From Candidatus Bilamarchaeaceae archaeon (GTDB lineage Archaea; Micrarchaeota; Micrarchaeia; Anstonellales; Bilamarchaeaceae), in the NCBI GenBank assembly GCA_038870635.1, contig JAVZJR010000008.1, forward strand, positions 1 through 12,190: 12,190 nucleotides of DNA. Direction: 5' to 3'. Position 1 is the first letter of the stretch; the number at the start of each line of letters is the position of its first letter. This document shows positions 1 to 7,634 of this stretch, piece by piece. A model generated the notes under the pieces. It saw only the letters and a program-made list of their open reading frames with translations, was not told where the DNA came from and made no database searches. The translations under genes were made by a program, and so were the position numbers.

Positions 1-173
1 AAATAACATAAAAAAACATTATGCAGCAGCTGTTAAGAAAATACAAAAAACACAAATGAATGAAAAAGAAAAGTATAGACTAATAAAGAAAAGGAGAAGA
101 GAGGTAAAACTTATTCTAAACATACTTGAAAGTGGTATAAAAACAAACAAGAGAGTTTTTAAGTAAGTATTTT
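1..173 (+). repeat. Left copy of a >=173-bp inverted repeat (partner at 12014-12186); runs off the window edge
   Basis: Base-by-base comparison: position i pairs with 12187-i for i=1..173. There is one mismatch (A124 vs C12063, i.e. G on the minus strand). Identity stops at G174/A12013. Confidence 0.97.
2..166 (+). CDS. 3' end of an unidentified gene (5'-truncated by the window), basic C-terminus, copy 1
   Basis: Frame 2 is open from the edge to TAA at 164-166: NNIKKHYAAAVKKIQKTQMNEKEKYRLIKKRRREVKLILNILESGIKTNKRVFK*. The strand is purine-rich like the real genes here, and a T-rich tract follows. No family recognised. Confidence 0.6.
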   Translation, partial: NNIKKHYAAAVKKIQKTQMNEKEKYRLIKKRRREVKLILNILESGIKTNKRVFK

Positions 174-185
174 GCATTTTTTCTT
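167..185 (+). terminator. Possible oligo-T archaeal terminator after the repeat-encoded ORF
   Basis: GTATTTTGCATTTTTTCTT lies directly after the TAA. The AT-rich background makes this weak. Confidence 0.3.
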
Positions 186-244
186 AGGTAAATTAATAAA
201 TATTTATTTTCAATATACTCCAAAAATAAAAGAGGCGGGTTTTT

Positions 245-1135
245 ATGGATTTAATTTCTATAAGAGACTTAAGTAAAAAAGAAGTTGAAGAGATATTACA
301 AAGCGCTACTGAGATTTCAAAAAAAGAGAAAAAACCAAATTTAAGTGGAAAGATATTGGCTACTTTGTTTTTTGAACCATCAACAAGAACAAAACTTTCA
401 TTTCAATCTGCAGCTATGCGATTAAATATGACTTATATAGATTTCTTACCAGAGTTAAGCTCCTTAAAAAAAGGTGAAAGTTTTGCCGATACAATAAGAA
501 CAGTAGAAGGTTACGCAGATATTCTTGCAGTAAGACATGCAAAAGAAGGTTCAGCACGATTAGCAGCAGACATGTCAAAAAAACCTGTTATAAATGGGGG
601 TGATGGTGGCAACCAACACCCGACACAAACACTCATAGATCTGTTTTCAATAAAAATGATGAAGGGAAAAATAAACGACCTTAATGTTACCCTTCTTGGT
701 GATTTAAAACATGCTAGAACGATGCGTTCATTAGTCTACGGACTTGCTATGTTTAATGCTAACATAACACTTATATCACCACAAGGATTAGAAATGGATC
801 CAAATTATCTTAAGGAAGTTGAGAAAAAATTTGGATTAAATGTTAAAATAATGAATGAACCAAAAATAGAAAACGCAGATGTTTTATATGTGTGCAGAAT
901 ACAAGCAGAAAGATTTGCTGACCCATATGAGGCCCAAAGCATAATGAAAAAATTTAGGATAAAAAAAGAGGACCTAAAAGATGCTAAAGAAGATCTTGCT
1001 ATACTCCATCCTTTGCCAAAAGTAAATGAAATAGACCCAGAAATTGATAAAATGCCCCAGGCAAAATATTTCGAACAAGCACATTATGGTGTGCCTTTAA
1101 GAATGGCGGTAATAGATTATGTTCTTAAAAAATAG
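245..1135 (+). CDS. pyrB: Aspartate carbamoyltransferase catalytic subunit
   Basis: Motifs FFEPSTRT (carbamoyl-phosphate binding), SSLKKGES, VRH, NGGDGGNQHPTQ, GDLKHART, RIQxERF, HPLP. SD-like GAGGCG at 232-237. Confidence 0.97.
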   Translation: MDLISIRDLSKKEVEEILQSATEISKKEKKPNLSGKILATLFFEPSTRTKLSFQSAAMRLNMTYIDFLPELSSLKKGESFADTIRTVEGYADILAVRHAKEGSARLAADMSKKPVINGGDGGNQHPTQTLIDLFSIKMMKGKINDLNVTLLGDLKHARTMRSLVYGLAMFNANITLISPQGLEMDPNYLKEVEKKFGLNVKIMNEPKIENADVLYVCRIQAERFADPYEAQSIMKKFRIKKEDLKDAKEDLAILHPLPKVNEIDPEIDKMPQAKYFEQAHYGVPLRMAVIDYVLKK

Positions 1136-1143
1136 GTGATAAA

Positions 1144-1581
1144 ATGCTAAACGTCGAACCTATAGAAAAAGGAACAGTAATAGACCATATAAAAGCAGGC
1201 ATGGGAGCAAAAGTCCTTAAAATAATGGGGATAGACGATTCGTCTAAACACCGAGTTGCTCTTATGATGAATGCACCAAGCAAGAAGATGGGTGCTAAAG
1301 ATATAGTCAAAATAGCAGAGAAAATAATAACAGAAAAAGAAGCGAATATAATCGCCCTTATTTCACCTGGAGCAACTGTAAATATAATAAACAACAGCAA
1401 GGTAGAAAAGAAATATACGGTGGACTTACCGCAAAAGTTAGATGGAATAGGAATCTGCCCCAATCCGAATTGCATAACTAATAGTGAAAGCGATATAAAA
1501 AGAATATTTACAAAAGAAGGAGAAGACGATTACAGATGCTATTTCTGTGAAAGAGTTTTCAAAGCTAAAGAACTTGTGTGA
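1144..1581 (+). CDS. pyrI: Aspartate carbamoyltransferase regulatory subunit
   Basis: IEKGTVIDHI, KDIVKI, LISPGATVNII, and Zn-binding CPNPNCIT...CYFCE. Lies 8 bp after pyrB, with SD AGGTGA at 1134-1139. Confidence 0.96.
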   Translation: MLNVEPIEKGTVIDHIKAGMGAKVLKIMGIDDSSKHRVALMMNAPSKKMGAKDIVKIAEKIITEKEANIIALISPGATVNIINNSKVEKKYTVDLPQKLDGIGICPNPNCITNSESDIKRIFTKEGEDDYRCYFCERVFKAKELV

Positions 1582-1585
1582 AAAA

Positions 1586-1999
1586 ATGATATCACGTTCC
1601 CATCGTAATGTATTTATAATACGTTTTGATAATGGAGAGGAAATAATTAAATCACTACAAAACTTTTGCCACAAAAATAAAATAAGCGGGGGATATTTTA
1701 ATGGCATCGGCGCGTGCAAAGAAACCACGATTAGCTATTTCGACATACAACAAAATAAATACATCGAAAAAAGAATAAAAGAAAATTGTGAAATTGTTTC
1801 CATTTCAGGATTTATAACAACAATTGGACAAAAAAAACACATACATGCTCACATATCGCTTGCAAACAAGAAGAATAAAGTTATTGGCGGCCACTTAAAA
1901 GAAACAATAACAAGTCCAACTTGCGAAATATTTTTAGTAAAAACAAAAAATATTAAAAGAAAAAAAGATAAAAAAACTGGATTAATGTTTATAAATTAG
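1586..1999 (+). CDS. PPC domain (DUF296) protein, putative Zn-binding
   Basis: GEEIIKSLQNFC, GIGA, EIVSISGFI, HIHAHISLA, VIGGHL and TCEIF are typical PPC/DUF296 motifs. Start moved from 1547 (overlaps pyrI) to the in-frame ATG at 1586, 4 bp after the pyrI stop. Confidence 0.88.
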   Translation: MISRSHRNVFIIRFDNGEEIIKSLQNFCHKNKISGGYFNGIGACKETTISYFDIQQNKYIEKRIKENCEIVSISGFITTIGQKKHIHAHISLANKKNKVIGGHLKETITSPTCEIFLVKTKNIKRKKDKKTGLMFIN

Positions 2000-2652
2000 T
2001 TTCCCTTGTAGCGCAAAACTACAAAAAGATGATCTTTATCATAAGGTTCTAGTTTTATTTTTTCAATTACTTCAAAGAATGCGCTTAGTTTTTTAAGAAC
2101 TCTGTCAAACACAACTTTTGGCTCTGCGACAACATCGATGCTTTGAGATTTAATACAAAGCATCGCAATACCATCTTTTTTAAGAAACATCCGCGCATTT
2201 CGTATAAGTATATCTTCTTGGTCAGGTTGCGCTACATCTTGATAGACTACATCAACCTTGCCTATTTCTCCATACTCATCAGGAAGCCTCGCGTCTGCGT
2301 GGATAGGTATTATATTTTCCCTTCTATTAGCTATTTCAAGAAGGCTTTTCATCATTTGAGATGAAATCTCTACAGCATAAATTTCACCCTCTCTAATTAT
2401 GTCTGAAAGATGGGAAACAGTAGTACCAGTAGAAGCACCTAAATATAGTACTTTTGTTTTTTTACTAAAAGGAAATGTTCTCAACCCCTTCATAATAGCG
2501 CCTGCCAGTTTGCTTCTGTAAGGATTCCAAGTTCGATATTCTTTACCATCTATAACGATTAATTTTTCATTATAGACTTTTTTGCCTTTGTCTATATTTA
2601 AAGTCAATAGAAGGCCCTTGTTTTCCCATACTCCTTCGAATAAGGTTTTCAC
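1996..2652 (-). CDS. flpA: Fibrillarin-like rRNA/tRNA 2'-O-methyltransferase (box C/D sRNP)
   Basis: [63 protein letters not shown] start overlaps the SBDS stop (GTGA). Confidence 0.96.
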   Translation of the reverse strand: MKTLFEGVWENKGLLLTLNIDKGKKVYNEKLIVIDGKEYRTWNPYRSKLAGAIMKGLRTFPFSKKTKVLYLGASTGTTVSHLSDIIREGEIYAVEISSQMMKSLLEIANRRENIIPIHADARLPDEYGEIGKVDVVYQDVAQPDQEDILIRNARMFLKKDGIAMLCIKSQSIDVVAEPKVVFDRVLKKLSAFFEVIEKIKLEPYDKDHLFVVLRYKGN

Positions 2653-3344
2653 TTCTCCAACACCCTTGTTTCAATGTTACCTGATGTTAATTTATTTAAT
2701 TTATCTAGAAACTCTCCTTGCATACCTGCAAATATCTCAACAACTACGATAAGACTACCATCGTTTAACCATTGCTCTTGCTGAATGCCGTAACTTTTCA
2801 ATGTTCCATAGCAACGATGAGCGTACTCGGGTGGAACTTTAACAGCGAGATGAATCTTTTCAAATTTCATCGGAAGTATTGTCAACAATTCTTTCACTAT
2901 ATCTTTTACTTGCTCACGTGCATCTTTGAAAGGATCAATATGTACCTTTGCCTGCTCTAAAGCAGACTCTATTCTGCTAATAGGATGAGGAAGTTTGGTT
3001 CGAGGATCTATAGCTTCTTTTGCTATTATAGCTACTATTTGCTTGTATTTCTCCTCCTGTTTTTTTCTTCTTTGTTCTGTTGTTAGTTGGACCTCGCCTT
3101 CTTTTAAAACAATTTCTAATATCTTCATTATATCTGTAGTGCCAAAAACTTTTTGCACATCGCTTGCTTTTGCGCGCTCTCCTTTTCTAGCATTTTCGTA
3201 TATTTCTTCAGATACGAGTATGTTTTTTAAATCAGGTTTTCTTCCTTCTTTATAAGCATACGCTGCATCTGGATCAACATATAGCTCGAAATGTAAACCC
3301 CCTTTATCATAAGAGGCAATAATCGCTTTATCTAATGTAGTCAT
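2649..3344 (-). CDS. Ribosome maturation factor SBDS/Sdo1
   Basis: [58 protein letters not shown]-terminal EIFAGMQ. 231 aa, with a GGGTGG SD just upstream. Confidence 0.95.
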   Translation of the reverse strand: MTTLDKAIIASYDKGGLHFELYVDPDAAYAYKEGRKPDLKNILVSEEIYENARKGERAKASDVQKVFGTTDIMKILEIVLKEGEVQLTTEQRRKKQEEKYKQIVAIIAKEAIDPRTKLPHPISRIESALEQAKVHIDPFKDAREQVKDIVKELLTILPMKFEKIHLAVKVPPEYAHRCYGTLKSYGIQQEQWLNDGSLIVVVEIFAGMQGEFLDKLNKLTSGNIETRVLEK

Positions 3345-3356
3345 CTTACCACCCTA

Positions 3357-5099
3357 TTATGAAATATAATAATATTCATTCTTATCTTTTTGCTCTCTAT
3401 CAAGTACGCTGCCAGGCTTATTTATTCTCGGCCTATTACTATCTTTATCTCTTCGCATGGTGATACCAATAGAACTCAAGAAAATATTCATTCCTATGCG
3501 CTTAGAATACGGTTGAGAAGCATGCCCTCTTACAGATGATTTTCCATCGAAAACTATTAATCTATTTGATATAGCGTCTATAAAAACTATGTCATGGTCA
3601 ACAACAAAAGCGCATTTTTCCTTTTCAGTGATTACCCTTCGCAACAATGATGCAAATATAAACCTTTGTTCAATATCTAAGAATGCAGATGGTTCATCAA
3701 AAAGATAAGCATCCGCTTCTGTACTAAGAGCAAGCGCTAAAGCAACTCTTTGTAGTTCTCCTCCGGATAATTCAGTGGCATATTTTTCCATCAATGAATT
3801 TAAATTGAGTTTTCTTTTGCATTCTTCTAGAATAGATGCATCAAGCGATCTCTCTCCAAATATTTCGCTAACTTTTTTTTCTTCAGCGGATATGTACTGA
3901 GGCTTATAGGAAACACGAATACCGAGAGATTCGCCTTCCGATGGCTTCTCTACACCGGCCAGCATCTTTACAAAAAGTGATTTGCCAAGTGCGTTTTTGC
4001 CAACAAGCCCGATTATCTCGCCTTTTCTTATATCACCGGCTTCAGAAGAGAATGTAAAATCTTCATAAGATTTTTTTAGAGGACTATACCTAAATAAAAG
4101 AGGTGTTTTTAATTCGCCTTCACTATGGGTCGCGAAAGTGATTTCATATTCTCTAAATCTTACATTTTCCTCTTTGAGATGCCCAGCGAGATATTCATTT
4201 ATACCACTTCTTACGTTTTTTAATTGGGAGACAATTCCATAGACATTCTCACTACCATAAATGAGATAAACATAATCGCTAACATAATCTAATATCGTTA
4301 AATCATGCTCGGCCATAAGAACGCTTTTTTTCTCGGAAAGCTCTTTTATTTTTAAACCCACGTTCATTCTTTCTTCAATGTCAAGATAATTGGTTATTTC
4401 ATCAAAATAGTACACATCTGCATTTTTAGATGCAGCGAAAGCTATAGCAACCTTTTGCAATTCTCCGCCGCTCAGGGCCTTTATCTTTCTATCTAATATT
4501 TCGAAAAACCCATAATCTCGTGCGATTTCCTCCACGTTTAACATTTCTTTTTCAAAAAGTTCTCGCACAGTACCATCAAAAACAAGACGTATTTTATCAA
4601 TATACTGCGGTTTTACGACCATCTTTAAATCTTTACCGATAGATTGAAAGTACCTTTGCATATCTATAGGAAGCTTTTGAAAAACAGTATTTTCATCTAC
4701 TCCATCAATAATTCCTAAATTCGGCTTTAATTGGCCGGACAATATCTTAATTGCGGTTGTTTTACCTATCCCATTTTTACCAACAAGTGATATTGCTCCG
4801 CCTTCTTTTCTGGGTAGAGGCAAGCCATATAAACGAAAAGAATTTGGACCATACTGAAAAATTGGTGTACCGCTCTCTCTTGCAAGATTTATTATCGAAA
4901 TACACTGTAATGGACATTTTTTTACGCATATGCCGCAACCGATGCAAAGCGCCTCTGAAATAAGTGGAAAACCAGTAGATTCTTCTTTAATAATACATTC
5001 CTGGCCCATTCTATTAACTGGACAAACCTTCATGCATCTATATCCACATTCTTCTTTTGTACACAATTCTCTATCTACGACCGCAATCCTAACGCCCAC
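3357..5099 (-). CDS. Ribosome recycling ATPase ABCE1/RLI (two Fe-S clusters plus twin ABC domains)
   Basis: N-terminal CxxxxCxxxCxxxCP and CIGCGICVKKCP; YGPNSFRLYGLP; two Walker A motifs (GKNGIGKT, GKNALGKS); two LSGGELQ signatures; DEPSAFLD; C-terminal RRD..RPRINKPGSVLDREQK. GTG start with GAGGT upstream. Confidence 0.97.
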   Translation of the reverse strand: MGVRIAVVDRELCTKEECGYRCMKVCPVNRMGQECIIKEESTGFPLISEALCIGCGICVKKCPLQCISIINLARESGTPIFQYGPNSFRLYGLPLPRKEGGAISLVGKNGIGKTTAIKILSGQLKPNLGIIDGVDENTVFQKLPIDMQRYFQSIGKDLKMVVKPQYIDKIRLVFDGTVRELFEKEMLNVEEIARDYGFFEILDRKIKALSGGELQKVAIAFAASKNADVYYFDEITNYLDIEERMNVGLKIKELSEKKSVLMAEHDLTILDYVSDYVYLIYGSENVYGIVSQLKNVRSGINEYLAGHLKEENVRFREYEITFATHSEGELKTPLLFRYSPLKKSYEDFTFSSEAGDIRKGEIIGLVGKNALGKSLFVKMLAGVEKPSEGESLGIRVSYKPQYISAEEKKVSEIFGERSLDASILEECKRKLNLNSLMEKYATELSGGELQRVALALALSTEADAYLFDEPSAFLDIEQRFIFASLLRRVITEKEKCAFVVDHDIVFIDAISNRLIVFDGKSSVRGHASQPYSKRIGMNIFLSSIGITMRRDKDSNRPRINKPGSVLDREQKDKNEYYYIS

Positions 5100-5126
5100 T
5101 AGAAATACCTCTGTGAAATTTTTAAA

Positions 5127-5153
5127 GAAAATAAGAAAATAAAAAACTAAAAA
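5127..5153 (-). terminator. T-rich tract after the pilin gene; probable archaeal terminator
   Basis: The minus strand reads TTTTTAGTTTTTTATTTTCTTATTTTC immediately after the pilin TAG. Confidence 0.45.
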
Positions 5154-5693
5154 CTAATCGCTTTCAACAACTTGACCAGTAATCGTGGCTATTGCAATAC
5201 GTGAAGGGGCGTCCGCAAGATCATCAGCGTACTTATATGTTACAGCGATGTATCCTTTGAAATCAGTGTTTGGCCCATTTGAAAGCAGGTTTCCATTCTT
5301 GTCTTTACAAGGAACAGAAAACTCTTTTGATGTGCCAGAAGTCATAGGTTTTTGCTCATCAGGGATTCCAGCACCAATTTTGGTTATCAACTCCTTTGTA
5401 ATTTCTCCAGAGCCAACATTAGTGCACGCTACTTTCTCTAAATTTATTGTTTGCCCGAGATTGTTCTCTAAACTGAATACAACTTTGTTTCCGCCAGCGG
5501 TTTTGTCAAATACTATAAGGTGCTTAGAGCAACTTAAGCCTTGTTGAGAGAAGATGCAAGTTGCGGGTGTTTTTATTAGGGATGGCAAGAAAAATGCAAG
5601 TAGTGCAAGTACTATAACTATTACAAATAAGGCTAGCCCATAAGTCATTAAATATTCCATTGCTGCTTGGCCTTTCAAACTATTACTTTTCAT
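5154..5693 (-). CDS. Archaeal type IV pilin with class III signal peptide
   Basis: MKSNSLKG|QAAMEYLMTYGLALFVIVIVLALLAFFLP: KG cleavage site, Q+1, E+5, then a hydrophobic helix. Four Cys in the globular domain. SD GAGGTG at 5701-5706. Adjacent to pilus assembly genes. Confidence 0.88.
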   Translation of the reverse strand: MKSNSLKGQAAMEYLMTYGLALFVIVIVLALLAFFLPSLIKTPATCIFSQQGLSCSKHLIVFDKTAGGNKVVFSLENNLGQTINLEKVACTNVGSGEITKELITKIGAGIPDEQKPMTSGTSKEFSVPCKDKNGNLLSNGPNTDFKGYIAVTYKYADDLADAPSRIAIATITGQVVESD

Positions 5694-5710
5694 CTTTTTT
5701 CACCTCACAA

Positions 5711-6769
5711 TCACGAAAATGTTGTGAATATTGAATTTAACAATGTTGAAGCAATCCAGTAAACTACATAGGCACCAAAAAGCATGAAAGGAAAATACTT
5801 CATACCAGAGCTCCTTGAGCCAGTTTTTATCGCACTCACAATAAATGAAGATATCAAACACGTCACAAAAATTGTTGGTATTGAGAACCAAAAGAAGTCG
5901 CTTGCTGTTATGACAGGTGCACCAAGATTAACTGTTGAGAAAGTGCCATAAACCTGCGAGAAGCCAGTAGTTGATGGCATATGGATAGATATCTTCTCGA
6001 AAACTTCTATTAACTTACCGCCCACTGCAAAAAGGAAGGGTGTACCAATCACTGAAGCAAAGATAACAAAGATTTCATACATAACTAAAGAAGCGGCGAT
6101 TTCTTTTTTTATTATAAGACTTTCACGAACATCATCCGCTGTTTTCTCAAGAACGCTTGTCAGCTCTCCACCAGTCGCATTTGCTTGTTTTATAAGAAGA
6201 ATTGTCCTCTCAAAAGGCTTTGAAGCGAAACGTGCAGCAAGTGTATCTAATGATTTGTCCAAAGACTGCCCACTAAATGTACCTTTTATTACAGCTTTAG
6301 TTTCTTCTGATAGAAGACCAAACTCTGGTTTTGCAGCGTACCACATCGCCTGATCAAGTGTCATACCAGACTTTATGTTAGATGAAACCAACATAAGAAA
6401 ATCTGGTAAAACAGCTTCCAATTGGTTTCTTCTATTCTCAACGCGCATTATAAGATAAGCGGCAAGAATTATGAATGCCACAAAATAAAAAATTATTAAC
6501 AATACTAAGAATATCAATAACCAAATTACAAAAGAAGGTAGTTGAATAATAGAGTTTATTGTTTTTGTTAGTGGGATGGATAGGGGTTCTAAAAGCATCA
6601 GTATTATAGAAATAAAAAACGCCATCACAAAAACATCAATCACTACATAGCCAGCAAAAGAGTCACCAGGTATATTAATTCCTGCATTGTTAAGTTCCTT
6701 TTCCAAACGGCGGACTCGTTCTCTTGAAAAAACCAATCTTCCAACGATTTCAAATATAGTTTCAGACAT
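5711..6769 (-). CDS. Type II secretion system F family (TadC-like) membrane platform protein
   Basis: LPDFLMLVSSNIKSGMTLDQA, EFGLLSEE, A..TGGEL..VL...ADD, and several hydrophobic segments. Start moved from GTG 6778, which is part of the GAGGTGA SD, to ATG 6769, 5 nt after that SD. Confidence 0.88.
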   Translation of the reverse strand: MSETIFEIVGRLVFSRERVRRLEKELNNAGINIPGDSFAGYVVIDVFVMAFFISIILMLLEPLSIPLTKTINSIIQLPSFVIWLLIFLVLLIIFYFVAFIILAAYLIMRVENRRNQLEAVLPDFLMLVSSNIKSGMTLDQAMWYAAKPEFGLLSEETKAVIKGTFSGQSLDKSLDTLAARFASKPFERTILLIKQANATGGELTSVLEKTADDVRESLIIKKEIAASLVMYEIFVIFASVIGTPFLFAVGGKLIEVFEKISIHMPSTTGFSQVYGTFSTVNLGAPVITASDFFWFSIPTIFVTCLISSFIVSAIKTGSRSSGMKYFPFMLFGAYVVYWIASTLLNSIFTTFS

Positions 6770-6779
6770 GAGCATCACC

Positions 6780-7631
6780 TCACAAAAGATATTTAGGTCG
6801 AGTACTTTCTATTATACCAAGAAATAAGAACTGTATAATAACTATTATAAGAAAGACAGGAATCAATGTTGCAGATCCATAACCTGTTGTTTTACCTGCG
6901 GTAAATACCGAAACGAAAGCAGAAGCTAAAACCACACCAATAGAAGGAACGATTATACCAAATAGCATATAGAACATAACGGTTGGTGTAAGTTTTTGGC
7001 TGTATTCTTTAAGTTGCACAACCTGCTCCTTTGACACTTGCTCCAAAACCGCCTCTAACGAAGAGCCTACGTCAGCACCACTTGATAGGGAGTTAGCAAT
7101 TTGCATCATGACACGTGAAAAGTACTTGGAAGGAACTTCTTGCGCAACTTCCCTTATAGCTTGAGTTGCTGGCACACCAACGATGATCTTGTCGACAATC
7201 TTCTTTATTTCCACGCTAACCTGACCATAGCCAGTAGAGGCACTAACAAAAGTGTCAAAAAGCGGTAGACCAGAACGAAGAGCGATAAGTATATGCCTTC
7301 CAGCGAAAAGTATCTCGTAATCAAGCTCTCTCTTTCTTTTCTCGATTAAAGCATCAGGGTAAAGCATAAGATAGTTGTAAGCAGCGATTGGCCAAACAAG
7401 AGCTAAAGGAATAAGAAAAACATAGTCTATCTTGACAATAAAAAAAACAAGTGCGCTAAAGATTAATAATACTAGGGAAAGGAAAATACTTTTCTTTATA
7501 TTGTCCTCGGTATACTCCACTGGACTTTTTTGGATGCCTGCAAGTTTAAGCTTATTTTTCATATCATACGAACGATGAGAAAGATACTCTGCAAGCGGAT
7601 AAAAAAAACCTTTTTCATTTTTTTGTTCCAT
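6780..7631 (-). CDS. Type II secretion system F family (TadB/TadC-like) membrane platform protein
   Basis: N-terminal TM pair, LRSGLPLFD, YGQVSVEI, PSKYFSRVMMQIANSLSSGADVGSSL, KEYSQKL, and a C-terminal TM pair ending RP. GGTGA SD at 7639-7643. Confidence 0.86.
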   Translation of the reverse strand: MEQKNEKGFFYPLAEYLSHRSYDMKNKLKLAGIQKSPVEYTEDNIKKSIFLSLVLLIFSALVFFIVKIDYVFLIPLALVWPIAAYNYLMLYPDALIEKRKRELDYEILFAGRHILIALRSGLPLFDTFVSASTGYGQVSVEIKKIVDKIIVGVPATQAIREVAQEVPSKYFSRVMMQIANSLSSGADVGSSLEAVLEQVSKEQVVQLKEYSQKLTPTVMFYMLFGIIVPSIGVVLASAFVSVFTAGKTTGYGSATLIPVFLIIVIIQFLFLGIIESTRPKYLL

Positions 7632-7634
7632 AAA

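Noticed and set aside
1..173. Repeat pair as a diversity-generating retroelement template/variable region (the one mismatch is at an adenine)
   Set aside because: One mismatch is uninformative. There is no reverse transcriptase in the window, and the peptide does not look like a C-type lectin variable region.
195..208. Perfect 14-bp palindrome AATAAATATTTATT upstream of pyrB
   Set aside because: A/T-only within a very AT-rich spacer. It may overlap a TATA box but cannot be called an operator from sequence alone.
1125..1728. Minus-strand ORFs 1125-1475 and 1438-1728
   Set aside because: Antisense shadows of pyrI and the PPC gene, with no motifs.
1996..1999. Convergent 4-bp stop-codon overlap (TTAG) between the PPC gene and fibrillarin
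   Set aside because: Real, but ordinary in compact archaeal genomes.
1996..3360. Box C/D guide sRNA or tRNA near fibrillarin
   Set aside because: Intergenic gaps are too short, and I found no convincing RUGAUGA/CUGA pair or cloverleaf by eye. A covariance-model search was not possible.
2143..5547. Plus-strand ORFs at 2143, 2772, 2995, 4751, 4930 and 5185
   Set aside because: They lie antisense to well-supported fibrillarin, SBDS, ABCE1 and pilin genes, and their composition is typical of reverse-strand shadows.
5700..5891. 63-aa minus-strand ORF overlapping the TadC-like gene end
   Set aside because: Alternate frame within a supported gene, with no recognisable features.
7601..7608. A8 homopolymer near the start of the TadB-like gene as a phase-variation tract
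   Set aside because: Runs of 7-9 A/T are common throughout the window, and the frame is intact.
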